Shown: positions 1 to 10,400, counted from the stretch's first letter. The stretch is 64,000 nucleotides of DNA from Armatimonadota bacterium (GCA_023511795.1 JAIMAU010000006.1:77730-141729), one strand, 5' to 3'. The notes: a model not told the origin generated them from the letters alone. Numbers and translations: made by a program.

Positions 1-2511
1 GGAAGTGCTTGCTATGTCCAAGACTGTAATCCACTCTCCACCATCGTGATATGAAAACCCGCCATCAAACAACTTTACCCCCAGAAGGTCAAACATGTCG
101 AAATATGGGTCAATTGCCTTTTCAGAACCAGCTACCAAATCCTGGGGCTGATAGCCATGGAGAGGAAATACCTCTTTGCTGTTAATCTGAACCTTGCCAT
201 CAATGAGATTCCATACCTCACCCTTCTCATTTGCCCCAATTATCTTGCTTGTCGGCGTAGGCTTGAGCACTTGGAATTTTCGACCGTCTCTATCTATCGA
301 GAATCCAGGGGTATAGTACTTATCTATTACAGGAATTGTCCCAATATCATGCCGAAAGCCAATTATCGTCACTCGTTTGTCATCTAAGATCGCTTCAGTA
401 ACTTCCTCTGCGAATCGCTCACTAGCCGGAGGTTTTTCAAGGTTAATGATATGCATCGGCACATTGGCTTTCATATTCACTTCCGGCACAATCCAAATAT
501 TGTTCTGCGAGCGGCCAACTGGCTCACGCCACCACCAACCGCCATAATTTGAAAAGTCAGCATTCGGCTCGGAATATATCTCCATGCTGTGCTGATTGAA
601 GTGCGCAGGAAGTCTTAGGTATATCGGTGGTTTGTATTCTACTATTTGCTCGGAGCTTGCCAGGATACGACCAAAGGTCGCCAACCACTCAAGCTGCCTT
701 GGATCGCGTGAGATTGCATCGCTCCACGGTTCACTTACCCCACGCCCGCCAATCATATAGTATTGAAATATACCCTTCGCGCCACCAGATAAAAGAGCAT
801 TAAAGTTGGCATACATTGTTCCAAGTCGGTTTGTATAACCAATCCCCTTATTGCGCGACGGCGAAGCATCTTGGTGGTTGCCTTCTCCGGTTTCGGTGAC
901 TACCAACCAAGTGGTTTTCGTCGCTTGTTCAAGCTCACCGTATGCATGAATGCCCATAAAGAGTAGCATTGGCTCCCCCGTACCGTATGATTCCATCCCC
1001 AAGCCATCATGTCCGCCAGCAGAACCAGTGTCATTTATATGCCACCAGTCAACATCGGAGAAGCACTTGTAAATAACAGGGACATCGGCGAATTGAGCAA
1101 TGTCGTCTGCAATGCGATTGCAAAATTCAAGGAGCGCCCTGCCGTGATATTCGCGTATGTCATAGTTGAACTGACTCTTTGACGTATCAAGCGCATAGAG
1201 CTCGCCATTTTTACGATCGTAGACCCAGTCCCAAAGAACTCCCGAAGGCTGCGAAATACGTCTCATCGAGACAACGCTTGCAGCAGAAGCGAAATCGGGG
1301 AATGCACCTTCTTTTGGCCTCCATGCGGCGTTCAGCTTCTCAATAGTTCCATACCGATGACTCAACCATCTCTCAAAGCCTTCGCGATAATCGTCTGTGT
1401 CAGGAATTATCCCATGGCGGGTGTTCATTTCATTCCAGAAAGGATCAACGATAAAACGAAAGCCTTTTCCTAGTTTCACTTTGCTATAATGAGCGAGAAC
1501 CTTATCACGGTATTTTTCATATATACCGCCCCAGTAGTACATAATGAAGCCGTGGTCAATCTTGTTCGGCAAGAAGTGAACTCGATATCTTCCAGGTGTG
1601 GGCACCTTGACATCGGCTTCCATAAACTTATTCTCTCTCACCGACGCCTCACCGTAGTGCACCATGTCGCCAGTCGCTACGTCCTCGACCATAAAGAATG
1701 CACTTTTCACATCCTTATTTTCGAAACAAACCCTCCCGCTGTCAGAAACTTCAACAACTGGTCCACCCCCTGGATATTGGTAACCGTAGCCTTTAGACTC
1801 TAGCGCCTGGAACTCAATTCCATAGCGAAAGCCGTGATCATCGAGATAATCAATCGTTTTCTGGAAGTATGCATAGTCGTCGTCGCTGTAATCCTTCCAA
1901 AGATACGGTTGATTTACGCCAAGGTGGAGATATATGTCTTTAACCCCGTATTTCTCGAGCAAATCAAGTTGAGCCTTAACAAGATTCCAATCACGGTCAT
2001 AGACAAACATTCCGCCGACCGGAAGCCAAGGTACGCCATCCCAGATTAGCGCATGTGCATCATTAATGTGCCAGCGATGTGGAACACCCTCCTTATCAAC
2101 GAACGTTCCACGGGTAATTATTTTTCTTAAAACCTTTGATGGCGTTCCAGTAATGCGGATTTGCCCTTGCCATATCATCCGCTCACCAAATACACCAGCT
2201 TCGACTGAGTAATCACCCGAGGGTATGTCTTTAGGAACGGATATAAAATGTAATCTGCGTGCAGGACCCACATAAGAAATATAAGTCTTCTCATTTTGGC
2301 TAAAATACAGAAAAACCTTCGCATCTTTAGGCAGCGGTTCTGAAACCTTGAAATTAAACATAGCCCTAAGTGTCGAGCCAAGCACCGCTAGCTTTGGCAC
2401 TTGAACAGCAACCGAGACTAACCTTGCTGGCTTCTGCGGATACTCTGGCGGCTGGTAAGCCACCACAGATTTGGAAAAGAAGATTCCGATTGCAAGAAAA
2501 ACAATTTTCAT
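1..2511 (-). CDS. Partial secreted TIM-barrel-like putative glycoside hydrolase. ATG at 2511; the 3' end lies beyond position 1.
   Basis: Uninterrupted minus-strand frame from the ATG at 2509-2511 to the window edge, which explains its absence from the ORF track. N-terminal signal peptide MKIVFLAIGIFFSKSVVA. Internal motifs (VVTETGEG, FRFIVDPFWNE) resemble the 555-aa and 896-aa paralogs in this window. The plus-strand ORFs 157..387, 1489..1803 and 1834..2049 are antisense shadows. Confidence 0.5.
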   Translation of the reverse strand, partial: MKIVFLAIGIFFSKSVVAYQPPEYPQKPARLVSVAVQVPKLAVLGSTLRAMFNFKVSEPLPKDAKVFLYFSQNEKTYISYVGPARRLHFISVPKDIPSGDYSVEAGVFGERMIWQGQIRITGTPSKVLRKIITRGTFVDKEGVPHRWHINDAHALIWDGVPWLPVGGMFVYDRDWNLVKAQLDLLEKYGVKDIYLHLGVNQPYLWKDYSDDDYAYFQKTIDYLDDHGFRYGIEFQALESKGYGYQYPGGGPVVEVSDSGRVCFENKDVKSAFFMVEDVATGDMVHYGEASVRENKFMEADVKVPTPGRYRVHFLPNKIDHGFIMYYWGGIYEKYRDKVLAHYSKVKLGKGFRFIVDPFWNEMNTRHGIIPDTDDYREGFERWLSHRYGTIEKLNAAWRPKEGAFPDFASAASVVSMRRISQPSGVLWDWVYDRKNGELYALDTSKSQFNYDIREYHGRALLEFCNRIADDIAQFADVPVIYKCFSDVDWWHINDTGSAGGHDGLGMESYGTGEPMLLFMGIHAYGELEQATKTTWLVVTETGEGNHQDASPSRNKGIGYTNRLGTMYANFNALLSGGAKGIFQYYMIGGRGVSEPWSDAISRDPRQLEWLATFGRILASSEQIVEYKPPIYLRLPAHFNQHSMEIYSEPNADFSNYGGWWWREPVGRSQNNIWIVPEVNMKANVPMHIINLEKPPASERFAEEVTEAILDDKRVTIIGFRHDIGTIPVIDKYYTPGFSIDRDGRKFQVLKPTPTSKIIGANEKGEVWNLIDGKVQINSKEVFPLHGYQPQDLVAGSEKAIDPYFDMFDLLGVKLFDGGFSYHDGGEWITVLDIASTS

Positions 2512-2682
2512 CTTACAGACGTATTATTCACAAGAGATGAGGCTTCCTTCGAATACTCGTCGCAGAATTGTTGAACGACTTGGCCATGAAGGATGTTTTA
2601 TTCCATTTCTCGAAAAGGTGAGCGAGCCTCAAAAGTAATACAAGCACACTATCCGTAAATCCATTAGGAGGGTTTCCTAACA

Positions 2683-4350
2683 ATGAGGTATCTTATAGTT
2701 CCCTTTTTCTTATTTATAGTATCGCCATTGTCTGCCGAAAAATCATACACGGATTATCCACAACTTCGGAACTTTTTCCCATTTGGAATATATGTCGCGG
2801 CAGAAAGGATAGGGGAATGGGACAAACCTGACTCGCCCACGCACATGGGGCGGCCAATGATCGAACCCTACCGGCGTGACCTCCTCGATATGGCACGCCA
2901 CTATATCAACCTTGTCGCTATCGAAAACACTTCCATGATTCCGGTACCCATCCTAAAGCAAATGCTCGCTGAAGGGGAACATGTCGGCATATTCACCTGG
3001 GCAAGCGAAAATGGTCTACCAAATGAATCCGAGGCGGAAGCATATGCCCAGCGGCGAATTAGCCAATTCAAAGATGAAAAGGGACTCCTCGTATGGTCAC
3101 CCTGGGATGAGCCATATCCCGAAAGTATGGACAAATGGCTCAAGTGGAAAAAGGCGTTCGAGGATGCTGATCCAAACCATCCAGTGATTGCCGTTACCTG
3201 CGGCGGGCCAAAAGGATTTGAAAACTATGATGTTATTCAAGCCTCCGACTATTATCCGGTTTATGTCGAAAACCCCGACCCATGGTCTGTGCGAGATTTC
3301 GTCAGGAGGTACATAGATGCTACAACAAAACCAAACTGGTTTGTCATCCAAGCATTCCAAGGCGAGGGAAGGCGCCTTCCAACGGTAGCTGAGAATCGGA
3401 TGATGACATATATGGCCATCGGCGAGGGCGTAAAGGGAATCCTCTACTTCATTTATGACCATCTGGTTACCCACTACAACCACCCTGTGACACCGCAATG
3501 GGAAGACATCGGCAAGCTAGGGCGAATTCTTCGAGCAATCGGGCCAGAATTGCTTGACACTAGAATTGACCGTGAAAGTAGGCTGGTGGAAATGATTCCT
3601 GAGCCGAACACCGATTCGCGCCGTCCCAAGGATTGGCCAAGTGCCATATGCTCCGCCCTAAAATCACCGGCCGGACATGCGTTTATTGTTGTCTACAATA
3701 CCAGCACCGAATCCCCTGTTCGCGTGCATCTTAAGGCGTCAAGCGGGCGGTTATTCGATTTGGTTTCGCTCGTAGAAACAAATATATCTTCTGCCGGCAG
3801 ACAAACCCTAGACCTACAACTTAATCCAGGTGATGGGCGCATCCTTCTCCTTGCAAACGATAAGAATTATTTGCGCATTGCTGAAAAGATTCGCACAAAC
3901 CTTTACTTTGCTGAGAGGAAGCTGGTTATGCTTGAACGCGAGCCAGCTGAGAAATGGAATGTTAAACTCGAGAAGGTAAACATGCTACTTGAAAGAGCAA
4001 AGAAAGCCGTGTTGATAAATGATCCCAAAAAGGGTTTATCGCTTGTGCTCCAAGCCCGCATAGCTCTAGAAGATGCGAAAAAAGGCAATGCCGACTTCTC
4101 TACCGCTCGAAAGGTACTTGATAAAGTATATCAGCGCCTTTGGGATCTCAACCAAGCGCTCAAAGAGTTTAGAGAAAAGCATCCTGACCGCTGGGAAGAC
4201 AAAATAAAGTGGCCCTTGGATGGCGCTATATCTCGATTCCTTGAACTTGAACATCTATTTTCTCTCGGCGATCGAACGGTAGCAAGGCGTGCAGAACTAC
4301 TATTAAGTGAAGTGGAAAATTCCGTTGGGGAGATCTCGAAGCAGAACTAA
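2683..4350 (+). CDS. Secreted putative glycoside hydrolase-like protein (TIM-barrel-like, family not assigned)
   Basis: 555-aa ORF with a signal peptide (MRYLIVPFFLFIVSPLSA). Motifs SPWDEP and FVIQAFQGEG look like acid/base and nucleophile strands of clan GH-A-like enzymes. Paralogous to the gene at 1..2511 and to 25866..28556. Confidence 0.5.
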   Translation: MRYLIVPFFLFIVSPLSAEKSYTDYPQLRNFFPFGIYVAAERIGEWDKPDSPTHMGRPMIEPYRRDLLDMARHYINLVAIENTSMIPVPILKQMLAEGEHVGIFTWASENGLPNESEAEAYAQRRISQFKDEKGLLVWSPWDEPYPESMDKWLKWKKAFEDADPNHPVIAVTCGGPKGFENYDVIQASDYYPVYVENPDPWSVRDFVRRYIDATTKPNWFVIQAFQGEGRRLPTVAENRMMTYMAIGEGVKGILYFIYDHLVTHYNHPVTPQWEDIGKLGRILRAIGPELLDTRIDRESRLVEMIPEPNTDSRRPKDWPSAICSALKSPAGHAFIVVYNTSTESPVRVHLKASSGRLFDLVSLVETNISSAGRQTLDLQLNPGDGRILLLANDKNYLRIAEKIRTNLYFAERKLVMLEREPAEKWNVKLEKVNMLLERAKKAVLINDPKKGLSLVLQARIALEDAKKGNADFSTARKVLDKVYQRLWDLNQALKEFREKHPDRWEDKIKWPLDGAISRFLELEHLFSLGDRTVARRAELLLSEVENSVGEISKQN

Positions 4351-4509
4351 GCTTTAGTCTAATGCAGAGGATTTGATTTTTATATCTCCCCCAAATAGAC
4401 TGGTAGCATCTTTATTCGCACGAGCCAACTTTCCACCCAAAGACTTTTTTCCAATTGCTAATAACTTGATATTATGCCTTTTTGACCATTCTGTGGTATA
4501 CTTATCTCC

Positions 4510-5442
4510 GTGATTGCGAGCATAACTCTTAATCCAGCATTGGATAAGACAGTTTATGTTGACCAGCTGCTCCCTCATGATGCAAACCGAATCCGCAAAA
4601 TCGAGGTTGATGCAGGTGGAAAGGGAATCAATGCATCAAGGGTGCTAAACGAACTGGGTAGTCCAACACTCGCCCTCGGCTTTGTGGGAGGTAAAACTGG
4701 GAGCTACATTGAGCACGTACTTGCAATTGAAGGCGTTAAAACGGACTTTGTGCGAACTGCCGCTGAGACGCGCACAAACATATGCATACAAGAATTTTCT
4801 GGTGCTCCACCCACTGTGCTGAATGAGCCAGGGCCGAATGTCACCAAAGATGAAATCGAGCAGCTTGTCACCAAAGTGTACGAATATGCTCCTAAGTCTT
4901 GTATGATGATTTTTGGCGGAAGCCTAGCGGCGAGCGTACCGGAAGACATCTACCGTACACTTGTCGCTGGCATCAGTAAATTTGGGACAAAGGCAATTCT
5001 TGACAGTGACGGCCGCCCAATGCTGCTGGGCCTGGAGGCGCAGCCCTTCATGATAAAACCAAACCGTGACGAGGTAAAGCGCCTCCTCGGCGTTGAAATA
5101 AGAAACTTCAAGGATGCCCTCCCCGCAATCGCTCAGTTTGCTGAAAAAGGAATCGAGATTGTGGTAATTTCAATGGGAGCGGAGGGAGCAGTAGCAGGTT
5201 CGGCCGATGGTGTTTGGAGCGCTATCCCGCCAAAAGTTAAACCAGTAAGCACGATCGGCTCGGGTGACTCAATGGTTGCAGGAATTGCACACATTCTTTC
5301 TCAAGGCGGGCCTTTAGACGAAGCTCTACGATGGGGCACAGCTGCTGGCGCTGCAATTGCAATGACAGATGGAACCGAAATATGCAAACGCCACCAGGTA
5401 CTTTCGCTCCTGGATGGTGTGATCATCGAACGTCTGCGGTAG
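4510..5442 (+). CDS. PfkB-family sugar kinase, 1-phosphofructokinase/tagatose-6-phosphate kinase-like
   Basis: 310 aa. N-terminus MIASITLNPALDKT and C-terminal GSGDSMVAGI match the ribokinase/PfkB signature of FruK/LacC-type kinases. Confidence 0.75.
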   Translation: MIASITLNPALDKTVYVDQLLPHDANRIRKIEVDAGGKGINASRVLNELGSPTLALGFVGGKTGSYIEHVLAIEGVKTDFVRTAAETRTNICIQEFSGAPPTVLNEPGPNVTKDEIEQLVTKVYEYAPKSCMMIFGGSLAASVPEDIYRTLVAGISKFGTKAILDSDGRPMLLGLEAQPFMIKPNRDEVKRLLGVEIRNFKDALPAIAQFAEKGIEIVVISMGAEGAVAGSADGVWSAIPPKVKPVSTIGSGDSMVAGIAHILSQGGPLDEALRWGTAAGAAIAMTDGTEICKRHQVLSLLDGVIIERLR

Positions 5443-5451
5443 GACGGTAGG

Positions 5452-5781
5452 TTGGCAGTGGACATACATGAGTTCAAGCGTCTATTATCCAAAGAATTTG
5501 GCAAGAAGCTGGAGCACGCAACACCCAGCAACGTTCGCGACTTTCTGGATAGAATGCAGCTAAATGTTCTCGGCCCAAAGATGAAGGGGCCCGTTGTACT
5601 TCAAGAGAGCGCATCGTCCTATGAGGAGATAATTAAGGATTTCTTCGCGCGAGTACTAGATCTACCACGCGATGAGGCTCTCATCTTGCTATGGCTACTT
5701 GCTTTCGACCTTTCCTTCTCAGCCATTGAGCTACAACAAGCCGAAACATTTCGCTCACTTTTTGCTGAATACGAGGAGTAG
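5452..5781 (+). CDS. Hypothetical protein (109 aa)
   Basis: ORF 10 nt after the kinase stop. No recognisable motif. Its coding status rests on position only. Confidence 0.35.
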   Translation: MAVDIHEFKRLLSKEFGKKLEHATPSNVRDFLDRMQLNVLGPKMKGPVVLQESASSYEEIIKDFFARVLDLPRDEALILLWLLAFDLSFSAIELQQAETFRSLFAEYEE

Positions 5782-5798
5782 TCTATACCCCTTGAATT

Positions 5799-5823
5799 GA
5801 ACAAATCAGCTGTCAGCACGTCT
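5799..5823 (+). promoter_or_regulatory. Putative ECF-type promoter (GAAC-N16-CGTCT) upstream of the ECF sigma gene
   Basis: tGAAC at 5799-5802, a 16-nt spacer, and CGTCT at 5819-5823. This lies about 35 nt upstream of the GTG start at 5858, consistent with autoregulated ECF promoters. Confidence 0.35.
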
Positions 5824-5857
5824 ATTTTTATGACGTGCAGATCGCGCTGAGGGTAAG

Positions 5858-6448
5858 GTGGTCTGTTTGCTGAATGCAGACACCGTCTTAGCGTCGACTC
5901 ATCAGAACGACGATTGCGAAGCCTTCGACGAGATTGTCGCGCGCTACAAAGACGGGATTTTCAACTATATTTGGCGCATGGTTTCAAATCGCGATGACGC
6001 CGAAGACCTCGCTCAAGAAGTCTTTGTTCGAGCGTTTGCGTCCATGAAATCATTTCGGCGTGAGTCAAACGTCCGAACGTGGCTATACAGAATAGCCACG
6101 AACCTTTGCATAGACAAATATCGGCGGTCGAGCATTGAAAAGCAATTAATCACGCCGCTTATGCAAAGCGCCGACTGCAACGAAGATGCAAAGCCATTAG
6201 ATGTGCCTGATACAACATATGACCCGGAGCGAACATATGACCGCACAGAACTTCAGGCTGAGGTACAGCGGGCGCTTTCGAAACTGCCGGATAAACTCCG
6301 GAGCGTAATAATTCTTTACGATATAGAAGGAATGTCTTATGAAGAAATAGCAGAGACGGTCTCTTGTCCGATTGGAACCGTAAAGTCACGCATTTTTAAT
6401 GCGCGTGCACAATTGAGAAAACTGCTCAAACCTTATATCGAGGGTTGA
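5858..6448 (+). CDS. ECF (sigma-70 family, RpoE-like) sigma factor, GTG start
   Basis: Region 2 motif DLAQEVFVRAF...WLYRIATNLCIDKYRR and region 4 motif SYEEIAETVSCPIGTVKSRIFNARAQLRKLL. Confidence 0.85.
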   Translation: MVCLLNADTVLASTHQNDDCEAFDEIVARYKDGIFNYIWRMVSNRDDAEDLAQEVFVRAFASMKSFRRESNVRTWLYRIATNLCIDKYRRSSIEKQLITPLMQSADCNEDAKPLDVPDTTYDPERTYDRTELQAEVQRALSKLPDKLRSVIILYDIEGMSYEEIAETVSCPIGTVKSRIFNARAQLRKLLKPYIEG

Positions 6449-6966
6449 CGATGAACTGCAGACGAATAAGGAAAAACATTATAGATTACATGAGCGGCAC
6501 GCTCAGCAAGGAAAAAACGGAGCGCATCAAAGAACATTTGCTATCATGCGCTGAATGCTCCCAACTAATCGCTGAGCTCGAAGCAACTTCTCATCTTGTG
6601 CGCTCGCTTGACAGAGCTAAAGCACCAGCAGGGTTCGAAAGTCGCCTTCAAACCCGTATAGCCTTCCAGCAATCTGTTAAGACCAATCGGAACCCAATCC
6701 GCAGGTTTGCTCGAGATTTTGCCCGAGCATTCATAGGTATGCGCCGGCTATCGTTGAGACCCGTAATTGCCGGAATATTATTTTGCATCATGCTCGGAGT
6801 ATCCATTTTAATGATAATTAATAATAACGTGGCTCAAGCAACGGACCAAGCATTTATCAGCGTTTGTCAAGAACAACATATCTCGTTTGCCGCAGCCAAT
6901 CCACTTGCGGATGATTCCGCGGTGCTCCTAAAAGATCGAGCTAGTGATCTTGCAAATGAATTGTAG
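6445..6966 (+). CDS. Anti-sigma factor (zinc-finger ZAS-like, single TM)
   Basis: ATGA overlap with the sigma gene. HLLSCAECSQ zinc-binding motif near the N-terminus. A hydrophobic helix (VIAGILFCIMLGVSILMII) is followed by an extracytoplasmic tail. Confidence 0.7.
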   Translation: MTMNCRRIRKNIIDYMSGTLSKEKTERIKEHLLSCAECSQLIAELEATSHLVRSLDRAKAPAGFESRLQTRIAFQQSVKTNRNPIRRFARDFARAFIGMRRLSLRPVIAGILFCIMLGVSILMIINNNVAQATDQAFISVCQEQHISFAAANPLADDSAVLLKDRASDLANEL

Positions 6967-6982
6967 CACGGACTGTCTAGAC

Positions 6983-7978
6983 ATGCGAATCGTGAAAGCA
7001 ACAATTGTATACACCATCTTCAGCCTGATTCTCGGGTTGTGTCAACGCGCCGAGGCCATTGATGGCGCAACAATTCTCAAGAAAATGCTCATCTCCGAGG
7101 GGAACGTTTCCTTTACAGCACACCAGGTGACCACCCTCGCAAAGGGACCTTTTCTCACCTCTGAGCAAGAAGTTTACCGAGATGGGTTTAAAGGAATGCG
7201 GACTGAGTACACTTATCCCAACCAGTTGGCTGGTGAGATCATGATTGACGACGGAAAAGTTCTTATTCGGTTCATACCCAGGAATAAAACAGCAAAGACG
7301 CAACCTTCAAGGCTCAACTTTCTTAAGCTAAGAACAATAGAAGCTAACCGCGCACTTGAACGCGGCCAAATCCAAGTAGAATTGGTTAGAAGGGACAAAA
7401 TCGCAGGAAGAAATGCCTACGTTCTAGAGGTAAAGCCGCGTGCGAAACGCGCGGGCCCTACTCGCAAGTTCTGGGTAGATACCGAGAAATGGGTCAAATT
7501 AAAGACGGAAGACATCGCTCCAGATGGGACCGTAGTATCTACGTCCTATTATACCAGGATAGACTTCACCAGCGTTCCTCCAGAAAAATTCCGCTTTAAA
7601 CCGCCTCCCGGTGTTCGTGTCGAGCGAGGCCCGGAACGCATGCAGATTATGTCTATAGAAAAAGCCCAGCGCATTGTAGACTTCCAAATTCGCGAGCCAA
7701 AATATTTACCAAAGGGATTCAAGTTGCTAGGTGCAACTGTCGTTCCTTTCCGGCATGGGAAAGTAGTTGGCCTTAGATACTCCGATGGTGTAAGTTCTTT
7801 CTCTTTATTCCAAGCACCAAGGCGGATGCTAGACCCTCGGTTCCCAAAGCAACTCCAGAAGGACCCCCTCCGCGCCGGGCGTGGGGTATATGCGTGGAAG
7901 CTTGGTGAACTTAATTTCACTTTAATAGGCTCAATTCCAGCTGATGAAATAAGACGAATCGCAGATTCGATAAAATAG
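6983..7978 (+). CDS. LolA-like / DUF4367-like periplasmic protein, third gene of the ECF sigma module
   Basis: The track ORF starts at 6944, overlapping the anti-sigma gene. The ATG at 6983 gives a signal peptide (MRIVKATIVYTIFSLILGLCQRAEA). The rest has the LolA/RseB-like beta-sandwich character typical of sigma-E-type regulatory partners. Confidence 0.55.
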   Translation: MRIVKATIVYTIFSLILGLCQRAEAIDGATILKKMLISEGNVSFTAHQVTTLAKGPFLTSEQEVYRDGFKGMRTEYTYPNQLAGEIMIDDGKVLIRFIPRNKTAKTQPSRLNFLKLRTIEANRALERGQIQVELVRRDKIAGRNAYVLEVKPRAKRAGPTRKFWVDTEKWVKLKTEDIAPDGTVVSTSYYTRIDFTSVPPEKFRFKPPPGVRVERGPERMQIMSIEKAQRIVDFQIREPKYLPKGFKLLGATVVPFRHGKVVGLRYSDGVSSFSLFQAPRRMLDPRFPKQLQKDPLRAGRGVYAWKLGELNFTLIGSIPADEIRRIADSIK

Positions 7979-8052
7979 AATTTCGACGGGAAGAATTACA
8001 ATATCTAGTCTGGGCAATACCACTCAATAACGCAATTGGAATAGCGCAAGCT

Positions 8053-8328
8053 TCAACCCCTTACAAAAAAGTATTCATACCGTCCAGTAGGTTCCTCCCA
8101 CGTCACTTCTACATCGGTGACATGAGCCCTCCCAGGCCCTTGCCTTAAGAAAGAAAGGAATGTCTCAAGAGCCGAATCTTCCCCTTCAGCTACTACCTCG
8201 ACAGCCCCGTCTGATGTGTTGCGCACATAGCCTTTAATCCCCAAGTCATTCGCAACTTGGCGAGCGAAAAATCGGAAACCAACCCCCTGCACTCGCCCAC
8301 GAATAATCGCCCTGAACCGCCTGGTCAT
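8053..8328 (-). CDS. acyP: Acylphosphatase
   Basis: 91 aa. [12 protein letters not shown]...[18 protein letters not shown] matches the acylphosphatase signatures. Confidence 0.85.
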   Translation of the reverse strand: MTRRFRAIIRGRVQGVGFRFFARQVANDLGIKGYVRNTSDGAVEVVAEGEDSALETFLSFLRQGPGRAHVTDVEVTWEEPTGRYEYFFVRG

Positions 8329-8727
8329 CGTTTATCTCCCAGTCAAATACTCCTTAACAACAGTCATTGGCCATATTTAGGCTATAGCAAGCGAATTCCT
8401 GCATTAGAAGTTACGCATTGAAAGGTTTTATCGCTTAGAACTTTGGGTATTTAACTTCTCGACATTATTTTTTCCAATATTATCGGCCGTAAAAACCGGC
8501 ATATGGCTTGCAGAAACTGGTATATTTGCTAGTTGACTCTACCTATTGCAAGCGATAGACTGGTATAAATGAATACTCATGTCGGTTTCTGGTGGGCAAT
8601 ATTGGAAGCTAGTACCTATGGGTAGGCGCCATGAAAAAACAGTCAATTACCTATTGTCAGCTTGCTAGCTATATGATAAACTACTATAGAGAGCTGACTA
8701 AATCATGAGCGCCTGAAAGGAGCAGAT

Positions 8728-9639
8728 ATGAGACTCACAATAAAAGTTTTATGGCTTCTCATGCTTTTTTTGTTAATCCCCAGTCTAAGCACTGCCCAAT
8801 ATAAAATAGACTGGTTCTCAATTAACTCAGGTGGCGGGCCAACTGAAGCCGCCGGTTCATATAATATGAACGGCACAGTAGGCCAGGCTGAAGTCGGAGT
8901 AGTTGCCACGCCCGCCTATTCTCCAGAACCTCATATTCATTATATAGGATTTTGGTCCGGAGACATTGCCCAACCCCAGCAGGTAGATTCGCCAGCCGAG
9001 GTCAAGCTCGAGCGTGATGTCGCTTACGTAGCTATTGCGGGAGTATACGCAACAACGAACTACTCAACGGACTTCAGCGACAAAATTTATATAGAAGCAG
9101 GTGACCGCTCGTCGGGCATCCAATTTTATCACGGGCCATTGCAAATTCCTTCGGTTGCTGAAGGGGATAAAGTCAGTGTAATCGGCACCCTAGCCACCAA
9201 AAACGGTGAGAGAGCAATTATTGGCTCAACGGTTATGCTCCTAGCTCCAGACACGCCACCGATTTCTCTTTTGAAGCCGCTTGGGATGCAAGCACTCGCA
9301 GTAGGCGGAAGCGACTTCCAATATAACCCTGAGACAGGAGAAGGACAGCTCGGCGTGAGCCAAAACGGCCTGAATAACATCGGCTTGCTTGTAACAGTAT
9401 GGGGAGCAGTGAAAGGGACCGTAATGGAGTCTGACGGAAATACATATTTGCTTCTCGACGATGGGTCGAAGCCTAATGCCCCACTGAGGATTGACAAATC
9501 TAAAATCGGTAGCTATTCTGACAATAGCATAATCCAAGTTACCGGAATAAGCTCTGTTGGGTATATCGACTCACAATTAGTTCCAATTGTCAGACCTAGA
9601 AGACCAGCGGACGTCATACAGATTTGGCCGCAGCCGTAA
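8728..9639 (+). CDS. Secreted hypothetical protein (303 aa)
   Basis: RBS aaaGGAGcag precedes the ATG. Signal peptide LWLLMLFLLIPSLSTAQ. No family recognised. Confidence 0.5.
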   Translation: MRLTIKVLWLLMLFLLIPSLSTAQYKIDWFSINSGGGPTEAAGSYNMNGTVGQAEVGVVATPAYSPEPHIHYIGFWSGDIAQPQQVDSPAEVKLERDVAYVAIAGVYATTNYSTDFSDKIYIEAGDRSSGIQFYHGPLQIPSVAEGDKVSVIGTLATKNGERAIIGSTVMLLAPDTPPISLLKPLGMQALAVGGSDFQYNPETGEGQLGVSQNGLNNIGLLVTVWGAVKGTVMESDGNTYLLLDDGSKPNAPLRIDKSKIGSYSDNSIIQVTGISSVGYIDSQLVPIVRPRRPADVIQIWPQP

Positions 9640-9719
9640 ATCGCCGTATATCCAGGTTTTCGAAATATAAAAACATACGAAATTAAGTTTGTAAGAAAAT
9701 AATCAGAAGAGGTGAGAAA

Positions 9720-10400
9720 ATGAAAAGGTTTATATTCATAATGGTGCTAATTGCACTAGTCACCCAACTGGTAATGACGATTGCACTAGCAGAGGTAACA
9801 AATGTCACCTCCCCACCATTATCCAGAAAGTGGAACCTCATTAGTTTGCCTGCAATCCCAAAAAACCCAAATCCTGAGGTTGTTTTCGCAGGTTTCCCGG
9901 TAGGAAGTGGTATTCTCTGGAGATATAGCGCGCCGGACTCAAATTTCTACTGCTACGACCCTTGGGACCCCGAGCCGTTTGGTGGTGCGTTAATCACCGA
10001 AGGCTACTGGCTATGGTGTGAAAATGGTGGGCTGACCATATCCTATGAAGCCGTGACCGAAAACTACAATACCGACATGTGGATTAGCCTTCCTGGAAAG
10101 CCAACTGATACTATCGGAGGCGGTTGGACGCTTATAGGAACGCCCTACAACTTTAATTACCCCTGGGAAAACGTAAAGGTAACAGACGGTACGCAGACAT
10201 TAACTGTAGAACAAGCATGCAATTTGGCAGATCCCTGGTTAGCGAAAACACATTGGTGGTTTGATGCTACAGCACAATCACTAATGACCCTGAGCTATCC
10301 AGACCAATGGCCTGATTCAACAGAATTGCTACCCTGGCATGGATATTGGATACAATCTCTTAAGGACAACCTCGCCTTGATTCTAGAGGTGCCATCTTAG
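9720..10400 (+). CDS. Secreted hypothetical protein (226 aa), Trp/Tyr-rich
   Basis: RBS GAGGTGAG. Signal peptide MKRFIFIMVLIALVTQLVMTIALA. Followed by a strong terminator. Confidence 0.5.
   Translation: MKRFIFIMVLIALVTQLVMTIALAEVTNVTSPPLSRKWNLISLPAIPKNPNPEVVFAGFPVGSGILWRYSAPDSNFYCYDPWDPEPFGGALITEGYWLWCENGGLTISYEAVTENYNTDMWISLPGKPTDTIGGGWTLIGTPYNFNYPWENVKVTDGTQTLTVEQACNLADPWLAKTHWWFDATAQSLMTLSYPDQWPDSTELLPWHGYWIQSLKDNLALILEVPS

Noticed and set aside
157-2049. Plus-strand ORFs 157..387, 1489..1803 and 1834..2049
   Set aside because: They lie antisense to a long uninterrupted minus-strand reading frame (1..2511) that has a signal peptide and hydrolase-like motifs. They are shadow ORFs.
8507-8530. 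Possible sigma-54 promoter (TGG...TTGC)
   Set aside because: The spacing between the GG and GC elements is 7 nt, not the 10 nt the sigma-54 consensus requires. It is better explained as an extended -10 element.
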